From: Candidatus Eiseniibacteriota bacterium
GTDB taxonomy: Bacteria > Eisenbacteria > RBG-16-71-46
Length of the DNA stretch: 64,000 nucleotides
Assembly: GCA_044223005.1 (NCBI GenBank)
Contig: JBGAML010000019.1
Span: 37,501-101,500 of the forward strand
Reading direction: 5' to 3'
Part shown: positions 48,878-58,708 of the stretch, in pieces
How the letters are laid out: every line of letters begins with the position of its first letter
Numbering within the stretch: the stretch's first letter is position 1
The notes under the pieces: model-generated
The model's input: only the letters and a program-made list of their open reading frames with translations
What the model was told of the DNA's origin: nothing
Database searches by the model: none
Program-made: the position numbers and the translations under genes

Positions 48878-50107
48878 ATGAGCATCCGTCGTTCGATCTC
48901 GAGCCTCCGCCGGGCGGTTGTCGCGGCGGGACTGGCCGCGACCCTTTCGTTGCTCGGCCTTGCGACTTCGCACGCGTCGGTGCCCACCTTGATGAACTAC
49001 CAGGGCTTCCTCGCGGACAACGCCGGCAATCCCGCGAACGGCTCCTACACGCTCCAGTTCACGCTCTATCCGGACTCGTCGACCGGCGCGCCGCTCTGGA
49101 GCGAGACGTATTCCGGCGTGACGGTGAGCGCGGGCGTCTTCAACGTGCTGCTGGGTTCGGTCTCGCCGATGTCCGCGACGCTGTTCGACGGGCACAAGCA
49201 CTGGCTGCTCACCACCGTGAACGGCACCGACGTCCTCCCGCGCCGCCCGATCGTGACGGTCGCCTACGCGTTCCGCGCGGGCGCCGCCGACTCGGCCGTG
49301 CGCGCCGGCAGCGTGGGCGGGGAAATCGTCGGGCAGGTGCAGTTGAACTGCGGCTCGGGCCCCGCACTCGTCTACATTCCCGGGCGCTCGTTCGTCGCGT
49401 ACACGGCGGCGGACGGCACGTTCGACCTGAGCGGCGTCCCGGCCGGTACGTACACCCTGCACGTCGAAGCCCCGGGCTCGGGCGCGACGAACCTCGCGAA
49501 CGTGGTGGTCGGCGTGCCCGGCATCACGAACGTGGGCGTCGTGGTGCTCGGAGCCAACCTGGCCACCGACCTCAACAACTGCGGTTCCTGCGGGCACGTC
49601 TGCTCTTCTGCCAACGGAACGCCGTCGTGCGTGGGCGGCAACTGCCAGATCGCCTGCAACGCTGGCTATCTCGACTGCGACGGCATGCCCAGCGACGGCT
49701 GCGAAGTGAACATCCAGACGGACTTCAACAACTGTGGCAGCTGCGGCCACGCATGCCCGGGCGGTCCCAACGCCACGAGCCTGTGCTCGAACGGCGCGTG
49801 CACGTTCGCCTGCATGCCGGGATACGGCGATTGCGACGGCCAGCCCGCTTCGGGCTGCGAGGTGTCCCTCTTCACGGATCCGAGCAACTGCGGTGGCTGT
49901 GGACATGTTTGCACGCCGGAACCCAATTCGAGCACCTACTGCACCAACGGCCAGTGCGGCTACGTCTGCGCCGCGGGCTACGCGGACTGCGACGGAAACA
50001 TGGCGGATGGCTGCGAACGCGACCTGCTCACGGACGCCAACAACTGCGGGTTCTGCGGCCACGTGTGTGCTTCCGGGCATGCCTGCGTGGCCGGCGTCTG
50101 CCAGTGA
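48878..50107 (+). CDS. Secreted protein: NYQG-type N-terminal domain + carboxypeptidase-regulatory-like domain + Cys-rich repeats
   Basis: Signal peptide; VPTLMNYQGFLADNAGNP...LWSE...GVFNVLLG...LPRRP...VAYAFRA; TAADGTFDLSGVPAGTYTL. Then 3.5 copies of TDxNNCGxCGHxC...C...C...GYxDCDG...GCE. Confidence 0.85.
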   Translation: MSIRRSISSLRRAVVAAGLAATLSLLGLATSHASVPTLMNYQGFLADNAGNPANGSYTLQFTLYPDSSTGAPLWSETYSGVTVSAGVFNVLLGSVSPMSATLFDGHKHWLLTTVNGTDVLPRRPIVTVAYAFRAGAADSAVRAGSVGGEIVGQVQLNCGSGPALVYIPGRSFVAYTAADGTFDLSGVPAGTYTLHVEAPGSGATNLANVVVGVPGITNVGVVVLGANLATDLNNCGSCGHVCSSANGTPSCVGGNCQIACNAGYLDCDGMPSDGCEVNIQTDFNNCGSCGHACPGGPNATSLCSNGACTFACMPGYGDCDGQPASGCEVSLFTDPSNCGGCGHVCTPEPNSSTYCTNGQCGYVCAAGYADCDGNMADGCERDLLTDANNCGFCGHVCASGHACVAGVCQ

Positions 50108-50871
50108 CGTCGAAAGCGCAGGGCGCCTGCGCGGCGTTGCTGGTGGTGCTGGCGCTGCAGGTCGCGTCCGCGCTGCCGGCGCTCGCGGCGACGGGTGGCG
50201 AGACGACCCTCACGCGCGCGCAGGGCGACAGCATCCTCTCGGAGCTCCGTGCGATTCGCCAACTGCTCGAGCGGGGCGTCGCTCCTGCGGCCCGCGCGAT
50301 CGCACCGGCGGCCGAGCGGACGGTGACGCTGCCACCGACGACGGCCTACCAGCTGGGGCGTGACGACGCACCGCTCACGCTGGTCGAGTTCTCGGACCAC
50401 GAGTGCCCGTACTGCCGGCAGTTCGAGACCACGGTGTTCGAGCAGCTGCGTTCGCAGTGGATCGACACGGGCAAGCTGCGCTTCATCAGCCGCGACCTGC
50501 CGCTCTCTTTCCATCCGCACGCGCTGGCCGCGGCCAGCGCCGCGCGCTGCGCGGGGGAGCAGGGCAAGTACTGGGAGATGCGCCGGGTGCTGCAGGTGAA
50601 CGACGACCGGCTCGATTCGCTGTCCCTTGTCGTGTACGCGGGCGACCTCGGTCTCGATCCGGCGCGCTTCGGTGCCTGCATGTCCGAGCAGCGCTTCGCC
50701 TCCGCGATTCGCAAGGACGCCGCCGACGCCCAGGCCGTCGGCATCACGGGGACGCCGACGTTCGTGCTCGGGCGCACGACGCCGAAAGGCGTCCATGGCA
50801 CCGTGATCGTCGGCGCGATGCCGTGGGCCGACCTCGAGGCGAGGCTGCGCAAGCTGCTGCCGAAGCCCTGA
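50104..50871 (+). CDS. Exported DsbA/thioredoxin-fold oxidoreductase
   Basis: GTGA overlap with the upstream stop; signal peptide. LGRDDAPLTLVEFSDHECPYC, RDLPLSFH and GITGTPTF (cis-Pro loop). Confidence 0.9.
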   Translation: MTSKAQGACAALLVVLALQVASALPALAATGGETTLTRAQGDSILSELRAIRQLLERGVAPAARAIAPAAERTVTLPPTTAYQLGRDDAPLTLVEFSDHECPYCRQFETTVFEQLRSQWIDTGKLRFISRDLPLSFHPHALAAASAARCAGEQGKYWEMRRVLQVNDDRLDSLSLVVYAGDLGLDPARFGACMSEQRFASAIRKDAADAQAVGITGTPTFVLGRTTPKGVHGTVIVGAMPWADLEARLRKLLPKP

Positions 50872-50881
50872 GCCGCGCGGG

Positions 50882-51391
50882 CTACGACCGCTCGATCCGG
50901 TACGTGAGCAGGTTGTAGTCGAGGTCTGCCGGCGTACCGCCCAGCGCCTTGAGCATGTTCAGCGCCTGTGAGCGGTGATGCACCTCGTGCATCGCGAGCT
51001 GCACGAAGATGTCGTGCGCGTTCGCCGTCACGTTCATCCGCTCGCCGTCCTCGTTCGTGGTGTCGTACGTGATCGGAGCGTCCCAGTCGGCGACGGCGCC
51101 GATCGCGGCGCGCGTGACGGCGGTCTGCGCCTGCCACAGCGACTCGAGCTCCGCGAGCGCCGGGTGGGCCTCCTCGCGCACGGGCCAATGCTCGTAGGGC
51201 GGCACGTCCGCACCGGTGATCCGGCGCACGTAGTACCACTCGCTGATGTAGATGTGCGTCAGCGTCTGGCCGAGGCTGCGACTCCAGCCCGGCAGGTTTC
51301 GCGCATACGCCTCTGCGGACAGAGGCCGAGTCCAGTCGAGCACCCGCGCGCGGGAGCGGACCAGGTAGTCGTGGATCCGGAGAGCGTGCAT
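50882..51391 (-). CDS. DinB family protein
   Basis: SLGQTLTHIYISEWYY and QLAMHEVHHRSQ; GGAG-like element absent, start chosen at MHALRIHDY. Confidence 0.85.
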   Translation of the reverse strand: MHALRIHDYLVRSRARVLDWTRPLSAEAYARNLPGWSRSLGQTLTHIYISEWYYVRRITGADVPPYEHWPVREEAHPALAELESLWQAQTAVTRAAIGAVADWDAPITYDTTNEDGERMNVTANAHDIFVQLAMHEVHHRSQALNMLKALGGTPADLDYNLLTYRIERS

Positions 51392-51423
51392 CGACGGAGT
51401 GTGGCGGGGAAGCCCGGTCGTGG

Positions 51424-51850
51424 TCAACGATTCGCTGCGGCCGTCCAGGCTCCGCCGGGGCGAAGTGACGTGACCCAGCGTCGCACGAGCGCCACGGCCT
51501 CGGTGTCCGCGATCGCGGTGCCGAGATGCGGCATCTGCGACGACGGCCGGCGAGAGCCGGCCGTCGGCGACGAGCGTGCGCAGCGTGAGCATGCTCGCGC
51601 GCAGCGAGTCCGCGTGCGGCGCGAGCGGGTCGCGATCGTCGGAGAGCTGCAGCGCCGTGAAGCCGAGCAGCCGCGTGGGGGCCGCGCCGTGGCAGGCCGC
51701 ACAATCGGCGCGGCCGGGGATCGCGTGATGGCGGCCGCCAGCCAGGGCGTAGGCGTTCGCGATGCCCTGCTCGGGGGCGAGCACGGCGTCGGTCTGCGCC
51801 TCGTTCCACGCGTAGGTCGCGAACGTGGCGCGACCGCCGGCGCCGGGTTC
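51424..51850 (-). pseudogene. Fragmented c-type cytochrome gene (SO2930-like family remnant)
   Basis: One frame gives FATYAWNEAQTDAVLAP...IPGRADCAACHG...LGFTALQLSDDRDPLAPH. Near 51540 a different frame gives QMPHLGTAIADTEAVALVRRWV. No signal peptide or clear start. Confidence 0.65.
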
Positions 51851-52032
51851 CCGCCCTCGTGATCCCGCCGGGCAGCGGCGCCAGCGGCGTGGGGCCCCCG
51901 GACACGCACGGTGTTTCCGGCACTTGCACGGGCCCGCGAGCGCAGGCCCACGGTGACTGGAGATCGCTCGTGAACGGCCGAGACTAGGAATCCCCTCTCG
52001 TCTCGAGACTCCACCGGAGAGCGAGTTCGACC

Positions 52033-54084
<2,052 letters not shown>

Positions 54085-54285
54085 GTTCCCTGCGGGGTCC
54101 CCCGGGTTCCTCGGGTCGATGTCCGGGTCGGGGCGGCCGAACGCGTTCTAGGGAGGGAGGCCCCGCGGCGTTCGGTCGCGGTCCCTCCGGCATGGACCAC
54201 CGGCAGGCCTTGGGTTTCCGCTCCTCGGGGTGCGGCGCCGGGGCCGGCCGTTCGTCCCGCTCGGTCCCGAACTCCCGGAGGATGC

Positions 54286-56760
54286 ATGCGGTCTCTCGGT
54301 CTCGTCGTACTCGTCGGCCTGGTGAGCCTCGCCACGATCGTCCCGGTCACTCCGCGGCCCGCGTGGGCGGCGTGGCCCTCGACGCCGTTCCTGAGCGTGC
54401 CGCTCACCAACGTGGCGGGCGACCAGTACAACCCGGTCGGGTGCACCGACGGTGCGGGGGGCGCCATCTTCGCGTGGGTGGACTACCGCGGCGCGGACGC
54501 GAACGTCTACGCGCAGCGCGTCAGCAGTGCCGGCGTGCCGTTGTGGACCGCGAATGGCGTCGCGGTGTGCACGGCGCCGGGCGACCAGGGCCACCTGCTC
54601 AGCGTCCCGCAGTTGAGCGTGGTCTCGGACGGCGCGGGCGGCGCGTTCATCGCGTGGGAGGACCGGCGCAACTCCGGAACGACAGGCATCGACGTCTACA
54701 TCCAGCGCGTGAGCGCCGCCGGTACGCCGCTCTGGACCGCCAATGGCGTGGCGGTCACGGTGGCGACGGGGAACCAGTACACGCCGGCACTCGCGCCAGC
54801 GCCGTCCGGCGGCTGCTTCGTCGCCTGGTACAACTCGAGCGGCTCGGGCTCCATCGTCGCCCAGCGCTTCGCCGCGGACGGGACCCCGCTGGGCACCGCC
54901 GGCGGCGTGACGCTGCTGACGGGCAACATCAGCACGTCCCTGTTGGACCTGGGAGGAATCGCTCCGGACGCGGCGGGCGGCTTCTTCATCGTCTACTCGG
55001 ATTTCGCGTCCTTCTCGTACCCCGAGATCTGGCTCGCGCACGCGAACACGTCGCTCGGCACCACGTGGTCCACGCTGCTCCGCTCCGAATCGGCCTCCGG
55101 AGGTTCGATCAGCTTCGACGACGTCGCGGCCGACGGCCAGGGCGGGGTCCTCGTAGCGTACGACCACTACTCCGGCTCGCTCTTCACGCCGAACTCGCTC
55201 GAGCTCTCGCGCTACGACGTGAACGGTTCGCAGGTCTTCCGGGTACAGCAGGTCGCCACGGTGGTGTCCGCGGTCTATCAACAGGAGCATGGGTGGATCG
55301 TGCCGGACGGCTACGGCGGTGCGTTCCTCGCCTGGCAGGACACGCGCAACACCAGCACATCGGGTATCGACATCTACGGCCAATACGTGGCCGCCAATGG
55401 CGTGCTGCTCTGGGGCAGCGCAGGCAAAGCAATCTCCGCGGACCCCGCAGACCAGACGTACCCGCGTGGGTGCACCGACGGCGCCAACGGGGCGATCTTC
55501 GTCTGGGAGGATCGCCGCAACGGCAACTCGGACGTCTACTCCGTGCGCGTGACGCGGCCCGGCGTGTGGGGTGGCAACCCGCTGCCGATCGGGTTCCTCG
55601 CGGCGGACCAGTACCAGCCGTGGCCCGTCGACGATGGCTTCAGCGGAATCGTATGCGCGTGGGGCGACTCCCGCGGGGGCAGCTACGAAATCGACGCCCA
55701 GCGCATGGACCGCACGGGGTGGGTCGGCGACCCGAACCCGGCGATGGCGGGCGTGCGCGACGTGCCCAACGACCAGGGTGGCCAGGTGAAGGTGCAGTGG
55801 ACACGCTGCTACCTCGATGCCGCGCCGGACTACTCCATCGCGAGCTACGACGTCTGGCGCTCCGTGCCGCCGCTCGCCGCGCAGGCGGCGATCGCGCGCG
55901 GTGCGACGCTCGCGCGTTCGGACACGGACCGGTTCTCGGCCGCCGCTCGCGGTGCGGGACGGACGATCGAGCCCGCCACGACCGCAGCGGGAGCGGTGAT
56001 CTACTGGGAATACGTCGGCACCCAGGTCGCGAACGGCGATCCGGCGTACTCGTACGTCGCGCCGACCACCTCCGATTCGCTCGGCGGCTCGAATCCGCGG
56101 ACGTACTTCCGCGTGGTGGCCAGTTCGGGAGGCGGAGGGCTGCATTGGACCTCGCAGCCCGATTCGGGCTACTCGGTCGACAACCTGCCGCCGGCGCCGC
56201 CGGCACCGTTCCAGGGCGTGTACGCGGGCGGCATCGCGCACCTGTACTGGGGCCCGAACCACGAAGCCGACCTCGCGAACTACCGGCTCTACCGTGGATC
56301 GTCGCCTTCGTTCGTTCCCGACGCGGGACACCTCGTTTCGGCCGTCGCGGGAACGAGCTTCGACGACGCCGCGGGGCTGCCGCAGGTCTACAAGCTGACG
56401 GCGGTGGACGCGCACGGCAACGAATCGGCTGCCGTCACGCTTTTGCCGCTCGGCGCCACGGGTGTCGAGGACGCCGCGCCGGCCGAACTGGCGCTCGCCG
56501 CACCGTCTCCGAATCCGGCGAGTCGCGACTGCACGCTGCGCTACGCGTTGCCCGTCGCGGGCGTCGCGCGGGTGGCCGTCTACGACGCGCAGGGTCGACT
56601 CGTGTGCACGCTGGCGGATGGCGCGCAGTCGGCGGGCGCTCACATGACCCGCTGGGATCTGCGCGACGATGCGGGACGCCCGGTCTCGGCGGGGCTCTAC
56701 TTCGCGCGGCTCGAGACTGCCGCGGGGACGCGGATCCAGCGCCTCGCCGTGACTCGGTAG
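54286..56760 (+). CDS. Secreted protein: 8 xDGxGGxxxxW repeats + DVPNDQGG/FN3 cassette + FlgD-Ig/T9SS-like tail
   Basis: GGAGG RBS and signal peptide ...PAWA. Repeats as in 33220-36486; C-terminal third as in 27691-31149. Tail PSPNPA...VYDAQGRLV...WDLRDDAG...GLYFARL. Confidence 0.87.
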   Translation: MRSLGLVVLVGLVSLATIVPVTPRPAWAAWPSTPFLSVPLTNVAGDQYNPVGCTDGAGGAIFAWVDYRGADANVYAQRVSSAGVPLWTANGVAVCTAPGDQGHLLSVPQLSVVSDGAGGAFIAWEDRRNSGTTGIDVYIQRVSAAGTPLWTANGVAVTVATGNQYTPALAPAPSGGCFVAWYNSSGSGSIVAQRFAADGTPLGTAGGVTLLTGNISTSLLDLGGIAPDAAGGFFIVYSDFASFSYPEIWLAHANTSLGTTWSTLLRSESASGGSISFDDVAADGQGGVLVAYDHYSGSLFTPNSLELSRYDVNGSQVFRVQQVATVVSAVYQQEHGWIVPDGYGGAFLAWQDTRNTSTSGIDIYGQYVAANGVLLWGSAGKAISADPADQTYPRGCTDGANGAIFVWEDRRNGNSDVYSVRVTRPGVWGGNPLPIGFLAADQYQPWPVDDGFSGIVCAWGDSRGGSYEIDAQRMDRTGWVGDPNPAMAGVRDVPNDQGGQVKVQWTRCYLDAAPDYSIASYDVWRSVPPLAAQAAIARGATLARSDTDRFSAAARGAGRTIEPATTAAGAVIYWEYVGTQVANGDPAYSYVAPTTSDSLGGSNPRTYFRVVASSGGGGLHWTSQPDSGYSVDNLPPAPPAPFQGVYAGGIAHLYWGPNHEADLANYRLYRGSSPSFVPDAGHLVSAVAGTSFDDAAGLPQVYKLTAVDAHGNESAAVTLLPLGATGVEDAAPAELALAAPSPNPASRDCTLRYALPVAGVARVAVYDAQGRLVCTLADGAQSAGAHMTRWDLRDDAGRPVSAGLYFARLETAAGTRIQRLAVTR

Positions 56761-56770
56761 GAGCCACGAG

Positions 56771-56802
56771 GGTGGCCGTCCGCGTGTGCGCGGACGGCCA
56801 CC
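56771..56802. terminator. Hairpin between convergent genes (possibly bidirectional terminator)
   Basis: GGTGGCCGTCCGCG-TGTG-CGCGGACGGCCACC, a perfect 14-bp stem. Confidence 0.65.
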
Positions 56803-56809
56803 GTCCGGG

Positions 56810-58474
56810 TCACGCGCCCTCGGCCACCAGCATGTGGCCGCAGAAGCGGCACTTCTTCGCCGCGGCCTTGATCGTCTCCGCGCACATCGGGCACTCGCGG
56901 GTGTCGCCGGCGGACGTCGGCGGCGGCGCGCTCGCCTCGGCGAGGTCGGCACCCGCCGGCGCCGAAGCGCTCGCCGGAATCTGGAACGCGGCGCTCGGGC
57001 CTGCCTCGAGCGCGGGGGGTGCGCTCGGGATGCTCGCGGCGGCCTGGCGGTAGGCGAGGTTCGCCTGCGCGAGCTGCTGCAGCCCGCCGTCCGTCGGTTC
57101 GAGCGGCCGCACGACGGTCCCCGCGCGCTCGAACTTGTCCAGGGTCTCCACCACGAGGCGCATGGCCTGGTCGGAACGCTCGTCCCGTGTGGCCTCGAGC
57201 AGGAAGCGGCGCGACGCGTTCATCGAGCGCATCGCCCGCAGCGTCGTCGTGTAGGTTTCGGTCGCGATGGTGGCGGTGTAGAGCCGCACGGTCGAGTCGC
57301 TGCGGACCACGAGGTTCGCCGACTCGAACGAGTCGTTCCAGGCCTTGCCCGCCTTGATCTCGCTGCGGCCGATCGTGCCTTCCGCGAGCAGCAGCGCGAT
57401 GGTCGAGGTGAAGCGGAAGCGGCCCAGGTAGACCGCCGCGCTCTCGAACAGTCCGTGGCCGATGCGGATCCACACCGCCGCGACCAGTGTGTTCACGAAC
57501 ACGGCGGTCACCGTCTGCTGCAGCGCGCCGACGACGGCGAAGACGGTGCCGGCGAGCACGAGCCCGAGCGCGCTGCCGAGGTAGAGCCAGGTCAGGGCGG
57601 GGGGCGGCGTCAGTTCGGGAACGGGTTGCGTCTCGACCCACATGTTGGCGCGGTAGTCGCCCGTGTCCTGCACGGTTCCGCTCCGCGTCCCGAACTCGCG
57701 CAGCTCGCGGTTGGGCGTCTCGCCTTCACGCAGGCGCAGCAGGTCCTGCCAGACCAGGGGCTGGAGCGCGGCCGGGTCGCCACCTCCGCGAATCATGCGC
57801 GTGTGTTCGTCCCGGTCGGCCGATGGCACGCCGAGCGAGAGCAGCGACGGGATCGCGATACTCCGCACGATCGCCGCGACGAGCAGTCCGAGCACGCCCC
57901 AGAGCACGACGCCGCGCAGCGGCGCGGGGAGCGCTTCACGCAGGTTGGGCGGTGTGAAGAAGAGCGCGACGACGGTCACGACGAGCAGCAGCAGGCCGCG
58001 CCGGGCCCACGTGAGGCTCTCGCGCACCAGCACGGCCTCGCGTGGCGTCGCGTAGAACACGCGGCCACGCTGGAATCGCTGCAGGTCCGCCAGGACCCCG
58101 TCCGACGGCAGCCGGAGATCGTTGAACTCCTGGCGCACGAGGACGTTGGCGACCGTTTCGATGCCCTGCAGGTCGACCGGCGTCCGCGGTGGCACCACGA
58201 GCCACGGTCCGATCGACTGACCGCCCATCGCGAGCATGGTCACGCCCCAGGCGAGACCGGCCGCGCTCGCGAACACCAGCAGCAGGATCGTCAGCGGACC
58301 GGCCGAGCCGAGCTGCTCCCAGAAGCGCGGGTTCGTGAGATAGGGCTGGGTGCGCGAGAGGCACCACGCCGAGACGCCGGCGACGAGCAGTCCCGCCGCC
58401 AGCTGCGCCATGGCCAGGGGGACGAACGGGTTGCGCAGCTTGACGGTCTGGCTGCTGAAACCGACGGTGCTCAT
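56810..58474 (-). CDS. Membrane protein with C-terminal zinc ribbon (UPF0547-like)
   Basis: Three pairs of TM segments; ends RECPMCAETIKAAAKKCRFCGH. Confidence 0.78.
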   Translation of the reverse strand: MSTVGFSSQTVKLRNPFVPLAMAQLAAGLLVAGVSAWCLSRTQPYLTNPRFWEQLGSAGPLTILLLVFASAAGLAWGVTMLAMGGQSIGPWLVVPPRTPVDLQGIETVANVLVRQEFNDLRLPSDGVLADLQRFQRGRVFYATPREAVLVRESLTWARRGLLLLVVTVVALFFTPPNLREALPAPLRGVVLWGVLGLLVAAIVRSIAIPSLLSLGVPSADRDEHTRMIRGGGDPAALQPLVWQDLLRLREGETPNRELREFGTRSGTVQDTGDYRANMWVETQPVPELTPPPALTWLYLGSALGLVLAGTVFAVVGALQQTVTAVFVNTLVAAVWIRIGHGLFESAAVYLGRFRFTSTIALLLAEGTIGRSEIKAGKAWNDSFESANLVVRSDSTVRLYTATIATETYTTTLRAMRSMNASRRFLLEATRDERSDQAMRLVVETLDKFERAGTVVRPLEPTDGGLQQLAQANLAYRQAAASIPSAPPALEAGPSAAFQIPASASAPAGADLAEASAPPPTSAGDTRECPMCAETIKAAAKKCRFCGHMLVAEGA

Positions 58475-58708
58475 GGCGGGGCCTGCCTCGGGGTTCGGAG
58501 AGCATTCGGGGCGAAGCGCGGGAGTATACGAGCGCGTTTCGACGCGGGTCCACGGCGGACTGCGACCGACCGACGGCGGTCGCGCCCGGTCGTCCGGAGG
58601 CGCCGCTCGATTCGCATTGCGCAATCGGGCGCCCAGAACCGTCACGGGCCGGAGGCCGCGCCGGCGTCGCGGCGATACGGCTCCCGGCCCGGAGGTGCGA
58701 GTCGTCGG

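Noticed and set aside
49556..50104. CxxCGH repeats as multiheme cytochrome motifs
   Set aside because: The spacing is CxxCGH, not CxxCH. The extra Cys residues and the adjacent DsbA favour disulfides.
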